A DNA stretch of 63,732 bases, the filler included, from Intoshia linei (lineage: Eukaryota > Animalia > Orthonectida), in assembly GCA_001642005.1 (NCBI GenBank). It is 8 parts of 8 records of this genome, joined end to end, with 100 filler letters (N's around TTAATTAATTAA, not from the genome) between each part and the next. Parts side by side here need not be neighbours in the genome. Positions count along the whole stretch, not along the records: positions 19,989 to 30,391 come from LWCA01001271.1; positions 30,492 to 51,196 come from LWCA01000672.1; 6 more parts are not named here. One strand, written 5' to 3'. Every line of letters begins with the position of its first letter. The stretch's first letter is position 1. The notes beneath the pieces are model-generated. The model was not told where the DNA came from, searched no databases, and saw nothing but the letters and a program-made list of their open reading frames with translations. Both the position numbers and the translations under genes were made by a program. Below, one piece after another: positions 24,991 to 39,108 of this stretch.

Positions 24991-25575
24991 TACTTATATA
25001 AATTAAAAGTGGCTTAAATGTTTATCTATCTGTTTGGATGTAACCGTTTATTGCGAAAAATGACATTCCCAGAAATTTCAAAGCAAAAATTCCACGTCAG
25101 TTTTTTCCGGCTCAGAACATAAAATACATTTCAAATTAACAATTTGGCATCTTCGCGTCCAAAATCTCAATTAACCTTATTTTAAAAATGAAAAGTCTTC
25201 GAATTTTAAAAAACACAAATTCTAGCTATTAATGTTAGATGTTAGAATTTAACGTATTTAAAATAATGAGCATTATCATAAATTACCTGAAAACTTGCAT
25301 TTTAACGTTATAAACATTACATTACCTAATACATACAGTATTTTAAAAAATCAATAAAACTAAGTCTAAATTTGTTTAAAAATTACGTTTAATTCTGACT
25401 TTTTTTGAAATTTGTAGGATGAATATTAGTTCCCATTCATTAATATTTACATTTTTAATTTCACAACAAATTTTCCAACATTAACTATGAATAAATTAAA
25501 ATAGTAGGCCTTCGTGATTGTATCGCCGGGTCATGTGACCCTACTCACTCTCCACGGTCCTTGGTGGGACTAATA
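24991..25575 (+). mobile_element. Degenerate Helitron-like copy
   Basis: TACTTATATAAATTAAAAGT..TTTATCTATCTGTTTG 5'-like end, family internal blocks, GC-richer hairpin-prone end at 25520-25572. Confidence 0.4.
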
Positions 25576-25724
25576 CTAATACATGCATACTAATAATATT
25601 ATCAGTGATATTCAGTGATTATCACTAAATTTTTACGAGCAAGAACAGCAATTTTAGATTGTTTTACAAAGATTCTACCAATAATCAATCATCTTTGTAA
25701 ATCGCAAATAATTTATTCAAAAAG

Positions 25725-28700
25725 TTACATGAAAGGTGGTATTACATCTTGAATTTGAAATGAATTCATGGTTAATATGTACTTTGCTGCTTTAACTCCG
25801 ATTTGCATACATTTTTCGTAATCATTTGCATCAAGCAAATATCCATAAATGAAACCTAATAATAAAATACAATTCGATAAGTTAGTGACATCAATGATTA
25901 AATCAAATTAATCAGTTAAATTTTAAATACCTCCAGCAAATGCATCTCCGGCTCCACATGTGTCTATAATCTGGTTAGATTGTATATTGACAGTATTACA
26001 TGTGTACAAATCTACTGTATTAATTTGGCTAGGTTTAACCATAATTACAGGGTCTTCAGCACGCGTCATTATTAGTACAATTGATCTATTGTATTTTTCT
26101 TTTAGTTTTTCAAATATCCTTTTCATGAGAAGGTCATCAAATTCACAATTTATGCCAAACACCCTACCGAAACAATGAAATTCCTGAAAAATGTTTAATT
26201 TAAATGTTGCTGATATTAATAGATAATTAAAATTACTGTTCTATTTCCGATTACAACATATACATACTCCATTAATTGTTCAATCTCCTCTGGAATGGAT
26301 TGACATATATACTCTGCAGCAATACTATAAAACACTTGAATACCAATTTCGAAACATTCCTTGGCATAATTGAGTAAAATATCTGATTTAAATAAAAATA
26401 TATAACCCTAAGACTCGATTAGTACTCAAATAATATAAATTACCGTTATATAAAAAAGATCACTGTTAAATAAGCTCTCGGTAAACACACCTTGTGACAT
26501 GAAATCATCACAAATATCTAGAGAGGAACCCAAATACGTCACCATGGATCTAAATTATACGAATTACAACTTGCATATATTACAAAAGACATTTTTACAT
26601 TTGTAAAAAAATTTCTGTTAGGTTTTATTTTTAAATGATAGACCAAATTGCAAAATGTATATTCTGAAAAATAAAGGGAAATGTGTCTCTTAGTTATCGT
26701 AATATCATATTAATATTATTTTATACAAAGCATTATTGCATATTTTAAATCATTAAGTTAACTATTTTGGGTAACTAATATTTTTTATTTACATAATTAA
26801 AAATGGTAAATCTAATGAAACTATAAAAATTTCAATTATGAAATTATCTATAATGAAAATAAAAAAATGGCAATATTTACCCTAATCATAGGTTTTTTCA
26901 AGAATTTATTTAGTATCGAAAATAAATAAACTAGAAATTAATTTAAATAAACAAACTGTACATGGTAAAATCACCAAAGATGGTGGAGCCATAAAATAAC
27001 CGTGAAAGTAATATCCATTAAACCAAGTACTTGTAATTGGATACCTAGTATTGTTCGTTTTAGAAATTAGTACACAACAATAACCGGTTTTGTTGCTTAC
27101 ACGGTCCAAATTTACATTTATATTTGAATTTTCGCATTGTTCAGTTATAATATCTCCCAATGCATCGACTCCCACACAGCCAACATAGTTTGTACACGTT
27201 TTCGATCCACTGAGCCACTATTATTATTACTATTATTTATTATTATTATATTACTTGTATCATCTTCATTGTGTTATAACTGGAGCCACCTATTAAATAA
27301 TCATATATTTAAATTAAAAATATAATTTTAATGAATATTATAATATTGACATTATATTAGAAATTACATCCTTACTTATTCGAATCGAAATTTTTAGTGG
27401 GTGTTAATAGGATACAACTGTACCACTTATAAATTTTTGAAATTTTAGGGTTGTTTTCATTACAAAAAAGAAAGGGTAATTTGTGGTTTTGACCCTAAAG
27501 ATATAATTTTTTTAAATTTAAATTTATGATAATGTTTATGATTTTAAAATCCGTATCAGCGTATATATTTTTTTAAATTCTCGAACTCGTTTGATTTTCA
27601 AAAAAAAGACAATTGGGATATATATTTTTTTAAATTCTCCAACTCGTTTGATTTTCAAAAAGAGGGACAATGTACTTTTTTAAATTCTCTAACTCGTTTG
27701 ATTTTCAAAAAAAGGGACAACTGGGGTTTTTGACCCATAAGATGTCAAATTGGGAATTTGAAATTTATTTTATTATACGTCTCGGAAAAAACTGTAATTG
27801 AAATGTGGATTTTATAAAATTTTAAGACATGTAGTTATTTCAATAAAGTATAACACACACATACACACAAACAATCGCGTAGCATATTATAAAAGTTAGG
27901 ATTTGGTTTTACAATTATTAAGTTCTTAATAATAACATAAAATTATTGTATATATTTTATTTATTAATATTATTTATCTGACTCTCACTCAAATTGTTAT
28001 TTTATAATTATTAAAAAAAATAACCTGTATTCAAAATATACGGATAAGTGTCTTTCATATCTTTTAGACTAAATCATAAGTATAATTAAAATAATTATAA
28101 TAAAATACATATTATTTCTTTTTTTATCCATCAAAATGCATTGATCATGCAATAAATCGTACCTATACACAAATGTAATCAAGAGTTAAGTTATTAATTT
28201 AAATTACACCCTTCTTAACCACCATGGCGAACCTCCAATATTTTACACAAGTGTTTCGTAGCTAACTTTCATCGATTATTTTAATGTATAAACTATCTTT
28301 TTCTCATTCAATTCAAAGATCAAACCAAAAGACTCGTTAATATTAACACTATTAGTATAGTATACACTTTTATTTACATTACGTTAATTCAATTACACAA
28401 TAGGTACAATGTTTACTAGGGTGTCTAGTGCTTTTTTTAAAGTAACAAAAAAATTTAAAATGTATTGTAAAATTTACAAAGAATTATAAAGTTAAGTTTT
28501 GGTTAATCATTAATGCATATATTTAAAAAATATGCTCTTAATCCGTGTTAATTTCAATTATAGTAAACATTGTGTATAAGAACACATTATTGATCAAATT
28601 GTTTTTGTTCTTATGAAGTGTTGTCAAGTGCAGTATGCAAAATTTATGACAATGTAAACAAATTTCATATCCCATTACCTTTTAATTTAAAGTGAATTAT

Positions 28701-29470
28701 TCCACGTTAAATTCGTTTTGTTAACATTTATGTAAACTATTTTAAAAAAAATTGTTATCCTATTTTTTTAATTTATTCATTTTAATTTAATTTAGACAAG
28801 AGGTGTGTGATTTATATAACATTGTAATGTATGAGACTACGATAAATATGGATTTTTAATACGTATACTAATCCTCGAAGAAAATACCGCAAAATGTTTT
28901 CACATTGTTGTTATTCACACATAGTCTCAAATGTCGAATATGTCTCAAGTTCAACATTTATAAATTAGGCAGAATGTTCTACGTTTCTTTATTTGCTTTA
29001 ACTGTATAATCCACAGCAGGGGTGTCATATTCAATTCACTTGGCGGGCCAAATGTGAAAAAAAATTATTACACCGGACGCACTAAAAAATATTTCCTCAA
29101 AACATTATTAAACTCACATTTTAAATTAATTAATAATAATTTTTATTAATAAAAACAAACAATAATAATGTTAAAATTATAATCACGAATAAATAAATAA
29201 AAAAATGTAAAAAAAAATATAGGTAAAAAATTTTGATATAATAACAAAAATTTATATTATAACGCAGCCGTACATTCCATAATTTGGTACCGCAAATGGT
29301 CCGTGGGCCGCATAATTGACACCCTGGTCTACAGTAAAGTCTGAATATCGAAAATAAAAATGTATATTAAACTCACTAATATATAATTACTTTTCTAAAA
29401 ATTTCTTATCGACATTGGTCAGATATTCAGCTAAAATATTTCCAAAAGTAAAAACCGACTTGTTCTTCAT
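25725..29470 (-). CDS. ADK: Adenosine kinase (PfkB/ribokinase family); exons 29470-29391, 28162-28109, 28068-28025, 27289-27255, 27217-27045, 26549-26444, 26407-26237, 26183-25931, 25855-25725
   Basis: All introns GT-AG with compatible phases. Translation MKNKSVFTFGNILAEYLTNVDKKFLEKYDL...TGGSSYNTMKMIQWL...YVGCVGVDALG...TGYCCVLI...RSMVTYLG...FYITGY...VIGNRTE...IIDTCGAGDAFAGGFIYG...PPFM*. Confidence 0.92.
27369..27901 (-). mobile_element. Helitron-family copy in ADK intron 3, with internal 3x ~48-bp tandem repeat (27565-27725)
   Basis: Family sequence ending AAGTTAGGA|T at 27901; unit TTTTTAAATTCTC.AACTCGTTTGATTTTCAAAAA..GGACAA repeated three times. Confidence 0.75.
29017..29326. mobile_element. 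hAT MITE in ADK intron 1
   Basis: CAGGGGTGTCA ... TGACACCCTG, TSD ATCCACAG/GTCTACAG; homologous to 9162-9449. Confidence 0.8.
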
Positions 29471-32098
29471 TATGACGTTAAATATTTATTGAAACTTGAT
29501 ATTTAATTAAATAATAGTAGTATTAAATACAAATAAACATCTTGGTTACTAGGTACAATTAGGTCATATCTAACATGTTACGAATTATTCATCATTTCTT
29601 GTGAATCCTACATTGGCGTTACAAATGATTTTCTTTCAATTTGAATCCATTTTTTTAGTTTTTACAAACTCATTGATTTTAATTGTTGTAGATTGGTTGT
29701 TTAATCAAATATTTAATCCATTTTAAATACATTTATAATACAGTAGACTCTATAAATACATGTAGATTCTATTTATAGAATATTTCTATTATTGTAATGA
29801 TTTGACATTAGATAGGTAAAATTTTATGTATTAACAACCAAAGTTTATTGCTCTAAATTTGTCAAAATGTACTAAAACCTTTGCTATACGCCCGATTAAT
29901 TTTTATACAGTGTATATAAACAAAACCATTTACGTGTTGTGGATCTATTCAAAAACTCCTTTTAGATTTTTATAATCATATAGCTTAGTGGTTCTCAACC
30001 TTTTTCAGTACATGGACCCTTTAGCTATTTTATATTATTCGTGGACCCCCTATTATAAAAAAGATCTTAGTCATGCGCTACCTTATAAATGGATGCTTGT
30101 ATTTTGTTTTATAAAATTTTTGACAATAGTTTTTTTGATTGAAAATAGTTTTTATACTACTGTTTTAAAGTACACTTCTTGTTAACCCTTCATCTAAAAT
30201 TTTGACAATATAATAAAACGAGTGCAAATTTGCATTCAAAATAAATAACTGATGTTAAAAATATTCAAAATTTTTAGTACATAAGTCGATGGGTTATTCA
30301 ATATACCTTTCTTAATTTGAATCCAAAAAGGTGTAGATCAGTGCTTTCCAACCGGTGTGTCGCCAAACTTTTTAAAATTTATTTAATTTATNNNNNNNNN
30401 NNNNNNNNNNNNNNNNNNNNNNNNNNNNNNNNNNNTTAATTAATTAANNNNNNNNNNNNNNNNNNNNNNNNNNNNNNNNNNNNNNNNNNNNCCCGCATTC
30501 TCACTGTTAAATAATTGAGAACTATATAATTTTGCTTTTTTCATTATGGACTTATTCAACGCGCTCGTTGTTGTCCACGTCGAATAAATTCCTACATTTT
30601 GTATACAATTTTTTTCTTTGAAGTACAGAACGAATTCGTTTTATAATGGCTCTATCCTGCTTAGTCCAACATTGAAATATCTCAGTGGAAACAATTGGAA
30701 TTATCTGAGATAATTGATATCCATTGTTAACTTGTTGCACCACATGAATTCTACTTAAACTTGTTCTATGGTAGGTAAAGTTTTTAATTCTAATAATGAA
30801 TTTTGATAACCTGTCCATAATCTGCACCCCTTTTTCAATGGTTTAAATGCTGGCGTAATCTGTTTTAAAAAAATTATATACTACTTTAAGTTGATATGTA
30901 AAATTATTTATTTGTTTTGATCAAATTCATTAATTATCCAAGTCAAAAATTTAAGCTGTAGATTAAACACGAAACTTGAGACAGGATTAAATAAATAAGG
31001 AGATAATAATTCATTAGTCTATGGTTTTGTTGATTTAAAAGATTAAGAGAAGATTAAGCAAGGATGTGAATAACATAAATTGTTTTAATTACAAGAACTT
31101 TCCGTTCCCAAAATTTACAATTCCATTCCAATTTCGGGTATCAGGTTCAAGGTACCAAATCAAAGTTCTAGTAAATTTATCTAATATTTATGTATTTTAA
31201 ATACGACTTATTCAGTCTTATTTATAAATGGATAACCATTAATATTTGTCTTTAATATTTAATATGGTAATATTTGAAATCAATGGACTAAATAGTGGGA
31301 CGACAGTTCTTTTTTTAATTTTTATTTTTTAATTAATCCTAAAGGTGCCCTGTGACTAATCTAACGTATGATTCATCTTAGTTGTCATCAAAATTTATTT
31401 TTATAAACTTAATGTTCTTTAATTTATCATATTTAAAATTTGATATTCTTAAAATACAAAAAGTTGGTGGTCATTTGAAGAATTGAAACATTTCAATTAC
31501 ACCATCTTGTTCGCAATAAAAAGTTTCATGTTTACCATAGGGCTACTTTTATTAATTTAAATAAGGACACAGGTTAACGTACATATATTTAATATGCAAC
31601 CTCAAATCGCAGACTATCAAATATAAGTACAGTGCCCGAAATAAGTCTTAGGCACCCCAATGTAATTAATTTAAAAACTCATTGATTCATGATTTAAGAC
31701 ATTTTCTTATATCATATCTTGTGTATGATCAAAAACAAATTTCAAGATCAAAGCTATTATTCATCCTATAAAGGAGTGGTTCTTAATGTTGCTTCACCAT
31801 GTACCCGTAATTTCACATTAGATTTTAATTTAAACTGAATAATTCCCACTTAATTTTATTTTGTAAATATTTGTGTAAAGAATGTTAAAAACAATTTGTA
31901 ATTCCATTTTTTAAATTTATTAGATAGAATATTATGAGTGTATACTCTTTTAAATAAAGTCAAAACAGTACAGTCCTAAATCTTTTAAGATTTGTTCCTT
32001 TCAATCGCAGAAATTTTGTATTTTTTGGAATCGTCCTGGTGCCGCAACCCTAATTATAAACCCACGAGTCAGAAAATGCCAATCACCTAATCTTGTTA

Positions 32099-32342
32099 AA
32101 GAGCCGTGGTAAGGGGATATGGCCTTATAGCCTGGGCCTATGATCATAAGGGGCCGACTTTTTTAATTATTAATAGGTAATGTTGAAAAATTTCTATAAC
32201 CAAAGCCAATGGTTATTTTTAATTTTTATATAATGAACGATCGATTAAACAATGTACAGAGGTCCTATTTATTCAAAAATATTTATAAGGGGCCTACAAT
32301 TTCCATCTGGTCCGAGTCTATTTCTGGCTTTCCACGTCCCTG
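32099..32342. mobile_element. hAT-like MITE
   Basis: AAGAGCCGTGG ... CCACGTCCCTG imperfect TIRs, CTTGTT on both flanks, internal GGGGCC motifs. Confidence 0.5.
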
Positions 32343-32536
32343 CTTGTTGGTAATAAAAAGTTTAATATTTATCCATTAGTTACTTCATCATTAATTAAAA
32401 TAAAGCTGTTTAAAGATACAGATTAATCAATGCATAATGTAAAAAATCGGATCACCACCTGAGGAAACGCTGACCCACAATAATATAAATATTTTATCAA
32501 ATCAAAATTTTTTTAAATAAGATTAAAAATACAAAC

Positions 32537-35500
32537 CTTGCAAATAATATATTGTACATAATCACCACATTTAAGTTTTCTTTCATTTTCAGAATTAGAA
32601 TTATACCTTAACGCGACAAGAACATGAGGCTGCCTGGCAGCCTGCGTCTTATAATCAAGAGGTTCCTTATTCAACTTGCAATGAATAATAAATTTATCAT
32701 TTGAAACTTGGCCAGAATTAACACTTTGAGCAACATTTTTCAATTTTTCCATAATCAACTCGACACTAGAACTGACATCATTAACGAAAAGTAACATGTG
32801 CAAGACATTCGACCCTGCTTCCCTAGATAACGCCGTAGTAGTATGCTTCACAATGTCCAGTCCCTTCATTTCCTTTTTATATTGAAATTTATCACTACCA
32901 TCAGAAATTATTGCTACTGCAGAATATCTCTTTTTCTTATCATATAAAAGAAGGCGTTTATAAACAGCATCCAATCCTAGAGACATGTAAGTGAATTGTT
33001 TGTTGACAATTTTCAATATTTTAACTCCAATTTTGTGAGCAATTTCGTAATTGTGAACTTTGGTATCAATCATTAATGAATCAGTGTCACCGTAAATGAC
33101 ATTAATAGATTTATCAAAATTCATCACCAATTCTTTGGTACTTTGTAAAATTTGTCGACCTTTATGAGTAATCAATTCGGCAAGATATTTAGCATAAAAA
33201 CGGAACGTTGAAGCTCCCAAGCATCCATACATGCTATTTGCTATCAGTTTAAGAGCCAATTGGCGTATATTATACGTTTTATAAGTAGTATCGTTTGTAT
33301 TTCCCTTCTTATATTTTGTATAATTAGACATTGCCTTCTTCACTAGTGACCTATAACGCATTAAACGGCGTAATTGTCTAGGTAATATAGCTAGCTCCTT
33401 TTTGGAAGCGGCAATTTCGTCGTAATTTTTCCCCGATAAACTGTAACGATTAAAAGTTGTAAAACAAATGTTAAATTCCTGAATAATGGAAGGGTATAAA
33501 CTATTATAATCGACAAGTAAAACATGTGTATCGTAGAAACCTTTAATAGGTTTAAAAACCAATCCACCCTTATATTTTTCAATTTTTTCATCAGATTTCA
33601 CTTTTACAGAATCAGGTAGAATATAACCATGTTTATAAAACGCATGAAGCAACAAATACTCATTTCTTTCGGATCTGCCCCCTGAAAGAGTCCTGTACAG
33701 CAAATTACCACAAATTTTAGTAATCTGAAAAGCTAATTCTAACCCATTCAATTCATCCAATACCCGTAGACTAAATTCCGACTCATCGACAGTATTTCTA
33801 GCAAAGTTTATAAGTTGATGCGATTGTTGTTTTTTAAAAATTTCAATCATTTTGACGCAAGAAAATGGACTAAATTTTCGAGAAAATAAAAATTGAACCA
33901 CTCCAGAAATACTAAAATTTAAACACTTGATTCCAGATTCTTCACACAATCTATGAGTATCACACACTACACGTCCACGTAACTGATTAGAACGTATATT
34001 TAAAATTTTAGTAAACTTGATGCGCCCCAAATAAAACCAGTGCTCTGTGACATAACGTTTCATTCTATTTAATATAATATTATAAACATATTCGTAAATA
34101 TCATGGCCTATAATAAAATCAGGTTCATATTTCTTGAGATAATGAATAAATCGATCAAGTAAATCCGATTCTGTATCAAATAATTCTAAATTTAAAAAAA
34201 GTTGATTATTCTGCATAATCTTTTTCAAATCAAAGGGATAAACGCGTTTTTTTGTTTTATTAAAAAGGCAAAATTTTTCGATATTTGAATTATCGTTTAT
34301 TTTATTCTTACCATGTGATTTTTCGTTAATAGAGGTCAATTTGATTGTTTTTACAGTTATACCCAAAGAAACAATTTCACAATTTGCACCAAAGTGTCTG
34401 AGAGCTAAAGACATTATCGAGAATGATGGTGCAGGCTTATAATCATCACTCAAAACTTCCACGTTTGAAACTGAATTTAAAATATATTCTTCATCGCAAA
34501 TTGATAATTTAGTATTATTCTTTCTAAAATTTCTAATTTTAACCCAACTGGGACCTTTTAATCTTGAAGCGAGAATAAAATTTTCTATTGCAGATGTGTT
34601 TTTACCATAAACGCGAGAATATGTGGTTCCTTCATTTGGAAAGGATACTACATTAAACCCACACTTTAGTTGTATATATTCCCGACATTTACCCACCTCA
34701 TCATCATCAAAAACACACATTTTATTAACAACCTTTAATTCATAATTACAATCCGACTTCAAACCCAAAAATTTTACAGGCTCACTATATTTAACGAAAC
34801 CTTTAATCTCTTTCATTACATTATCTGTAGAAATAGATTCATTAGTTTCAACTCCATTTTCCAACTCAAAAAAATATTTTCTGGGAAAAAAATACAAAAC
34901 CCTTTGAACATTTGGTACAATAACACAAACTGATTTAAGTTGTTCCGTTTTACCAAACATGTAAAGAGTACCAGACATTTTAAATTTTGGTTCATACATG
35001 TCAAACCAATAAAATGTCAATTCAGTGCCATCCTCAGAAAATTCAGTTTTTTCATTATTTAGGGGTTCGCCATAATCCACATTTTCATTATTTGAATCTG
35101 AATCGGTATAATCAAAATTTATTGACTCTTCCTCATCAAAATTAAGACTGTTATCTTCGGCCAAATGCAGAGGCTCATTAGTACTCAATCTACTTTTTAG
35201 ATTCACCTCCATGGAATCCATTCCACTTAAATCTGAAAAACATGAAAGCTGGGAACTGTTTTTATCAGTTTTTGTTACATTCAAAACATCAAATCCTTCC
35301 AATAGTACCGGTTCAAGTACAGATTTAATATCCTTAGTATTATCAAAGTCATCGTGCATGTTGTTGTAATTATTACTGCACTCCACATTATTTTCATCAC
35401 GAACAGGTTCAGGATTTGATACCCGCTCCATGTTGTTCATATTTTCAGATTTTTCGTCAATTTTGTCAACCTTACAAACTCCATTAACATCAAAATATAA

Positions 35501-37810
35501 ATCAACATCATAGTCATCAATTTTCCAAGATTTTGCATCATATACGACATTTGAACGTTTGATGGTATTACTAATTATATCCTTTTTATTGTTCACATTG
35601 TCAAAATTGTGGTCAAATTGTCTAAAATCATTAATTTCAAAGTTTGGTTCATTTTTTAATATATTCACAGCTTTTTCTTCTGATTCGTAAATTTTACCAA
35701 TTTTAGATTGGTCTTCATTATTTAATTCTTTCATAATATTTTCAAAATTTTCATCGTCATTCAATGTTATCACTTTTTCAATCTTTTTAGACGGTTTTGA
35801 TTTAATGTTATGAGACGCAAACATTGATTTTATTGAAGGTTGTTTTGGGTTGTAAATATTTTTGTCTTTTAACTTTTTTCCTAAAAATATACAAATTTTA
35901 CCATATCATTGTGTATATAATAATAAGTTTATCATTTAATTCATCAAATGTGCAGTGACGCCTTCACTATTCTCCGATTCTGTTATTCACTCAAAAAACA
36001 TTATTTTTATACAAAAACTGCATTATAATTATTCACAAAATATTTTTAAAAATAAATAATAAAATTTGAAAACAAAACGATTTGCCAGCAAAAGCTGTTA
36101 TATTAAAAACACAAAATTAAAATTATTACAAATAACTAAAAAAATAGTACAAAACCATAATTATGATTTCATAATACATTAGAAAGTTTGTTTGAATTTT
36201 GGTCGATTGGTTCTCTGATGACCTAAAAATATTTTTGTATATACTTGTTCAAGAATTTAAAGGACTTTCTTACATTAAAATTCATTGTACATCATAATAT
36301 TCGATAAAAAAATTGTTTGCTAGTATAATAAGCATCAAACATAATATTACCTGTAATGTATTATCCATAATATCCGCCATAATTTGTAGTGTTACCAACA
36401 ATAAAAAAAATTGATTGACTTTTCAAAAATTATTACTTGTCTAGATTTTTTAATTTTGTGCCATATTAAGATTAAATCTTTTAATAAATTTAGTTTTTTA
36501 GTAACCAATCAAAAAAAATTGTCTATCTTTTTTGACGCATTTTTTTTAAATATTACACAGGCAACATTTTTATTATTTTTGTTAAACTGGACAAAGTAAT
36601 TATTTTAATTTAATTTATTTAATTATTTTAAAATTTGTAAAGTGTATATTTATTATTAAGTTTTTTTTAGATTTTATATACAAATTGATGGAATTTCTAT
36701 TAACTCTTTACCAATATTTTTGAAAGGCAGTGCAGTTTAGCGACATTTTTTTTAATGAGGTTCACTTAAGTATTTTTATAAAATACATATTCAACGTAAT
36801 TAAAATTCAAAAATTGAACTAGAATAAATACAGGCAAAAACATTGTGTTGAATGGTGCATTGATTATCGACAATATATAGCAGAAGTTATTTTAAGTGTG
36901 TAGTTGTCAAAAAGTAGTGTTATAAATTATAATTTTTGGAAATTTAATTTACAAATTAATTTGTAAAAAAAGTTTCATTTACTTATAAGTATGAATAATT
37001 ATTCAAATAATTTCAATAAAATTGTAAAATTTTATACAGGAGTTAAGTTAAGTATCAATGAATTAAGTTTTAATTTTTTTTGTGAGCAATAAAAAAATCA
37101 AAAATTTCCGATGGATCTTTTTTGTCGTGGAATGTAATCTACAATGTAGACTCTAAAGCAAAAAAAGAATGGAAGAAATTAAAATTCAAAGAAACCTTGG
37201 GTCTATTATTCGAAACTTAAGGTGTACAAAATTAATCTTTTAAAACAAACAGCCGTAGTTTACGTATGTTGGTTTTTTCGGTGATACGTAGACAGTTCTA
37301 GTCGTATTAAACCCAATAGTTATACTCTATTTTGAAAAATTTACGTTTTGGAGATTTGGTTTCTTTTTGTACCTTAAAAAAAACTTCATGGCCATCGTCA
37401 ATGTAGTCATTATCTGAATATACAGTTATGTGTAGAAGAAAAACATTGTAGAGGTAAAGATTTAAAACATACCATCTCCAACAATCCAACCAGATTGCTC
37501 TCTTCGCTTGGACACAATATCTAAATATTCTTCTTCTTCCACAATATCATAAATGTCTTCATCTTCTTTCAACTAAAATTAAATTAAAAAGAATGAAATA
37601 AAAATTAAGACTCATAAAATCTAAAATTAACAAGCATCATTTAATATGGTTAAGAAGTATCGATCGATATATGGTCGTCTAATCGTCAAATTACTAATAT
37701 AATTACCATCATTTTCCTTTTCCCAGATTTTTCGTCTCTAAGGTTTTTCAAGGCCTTGGATTTATCATTGGAAATCGATTTTACTCGTCTACTACGTCGA
37801 GGTTGATCAG
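32537..37810 (-). CDS. POLA1: DNA polymerase alpha catalytic subunit; exons 37810-37707, 37572-37473, 37413-37345, 35880-32537; first exon and C-terminal exons not located
   Basis: Upstream exons give RRSRR...KALKNLR|LKEDEDIYDIVEEEEY..IVSKR...WIVGD|DNDYIDDGHEVF (Pol alpha N-terminal domain). Large exon has FYWFDMYE, YMFGK, LKGPSW, GGRSERNEYLLLHAF, YKGGLV, DYNSLYPSIIQEFNICFTT, RQLALKLIANSMYGCLG, VIYGDTDSLMI, QPHV.VA; donor at YIICK|gtttgt. Confidence 0.95.
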
Positions 37811-39108
37811 CTAATAAATACATTTTTAATATACAAAATTGTAAAAAAATATCTGAATATCATTAATATCTGACAATCTGGCGTGTGTTTTAATCAATGT
37901 GTTTTAAAATTTCAGTTAATTGCCTCCTCATAAATCATTATCCATTTGCACTCATCCAAGGGACAATCAACTAATGTGAAATTTATTCCAACTAGTAAAA
38001 ATAAAAATTTTGTTAGTTTTCATATGAAAAAATATTCTAAAGATTTATCGGATGACATGTGATTTGATAAAAAAATTTTTTTTAGTCCACGCTTTAAAAA
38101 TATTATAATTAGATTTTAAATATCAAATGCTAAATTAACCCACTGTGTGAATAGGAATAACTCCATATTATAGGGTAATATTCTTATAGATGTCAACAAA
38201 TCCGAAAGCATCTCACAAAAAATTAAACTTGACTAAAATATTCCAGCTTTATAAATTTAAATGCAAGTTACATGTTCAAATAAATAAAAATACCCATATC
38301 AATTGGACATTAACAGTATAATTTAATAATAAATAATATAGTAATTTGTTAAACGTATAATGAACAGTCTTTAAAAATTTAAATTCAATGTATGCGCATG
38401 AAATTGTTGACATAGAAATTCTGTTACTTTCATATTGAAAGATTCAATTTTATTTTCTAATTACTATAAATAGAAATTTTACATTGAAAGTGCTTACAAT
38501 AATGTCATGTAATTTACATTTATTTTTTGTTTATACAGTGGTTGTCGATTTAAACACACTTTTGGTAGATTGAAATGGAAAAAAATATTTATCCTTAGTA
38601 AATTCAAATATGATGTATAATATTGCGTATATATATTTTATACCATGGAGTATAAATTTTATCTTGGATATTTTATTTGGCACCTTTTAGGAAATTTTAA
38701 TTACATACATAAATTTATAAAAACTTATAAATATCGTCAAATCTGTTATTAAAATGGCTTCATGTTATGGAGATGCGAATTAATTATTTACATTAATTGT
38801 TAATAAATATGTATGTAAATTTAGAGTTCTTTATTTTATTAAATAAATACTCCACTGTGTTTCCACAAAAAGTTCAAAAAAATAGTATATAAATGTTAGT
38901 TACGATGAGCTATAATTTGTTTAAAACTTTAACGGCACAACCCAAGGTTTTTTTTAAATTTAATTCATTAATAATAATAAAACAAATTTAAAATAACAGT
39001 ACTTAAATTGATGCTTAATTCTCGTTATATATCTAAAAACTATTTAATTAATTAATTAACATTTAACATTTTTTGATATTCGTATTTTGTATGTCTGCAA
39101 ACAGTTAC

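Noticed and set aside
27565-27725. Three ~48-bp repeats, CRISPR-like spacing
   Set aside because: Tandem duplication of an internal Helitron block found single-copy elsewhere.
32513-35824. Family B polymerase as viral or Polinton/Maverick gene
   Set aside because: Has Pol alpha-specific motifs and spliced N-terminal exons; no protein-primed insertions, integrase or capsid nearby.
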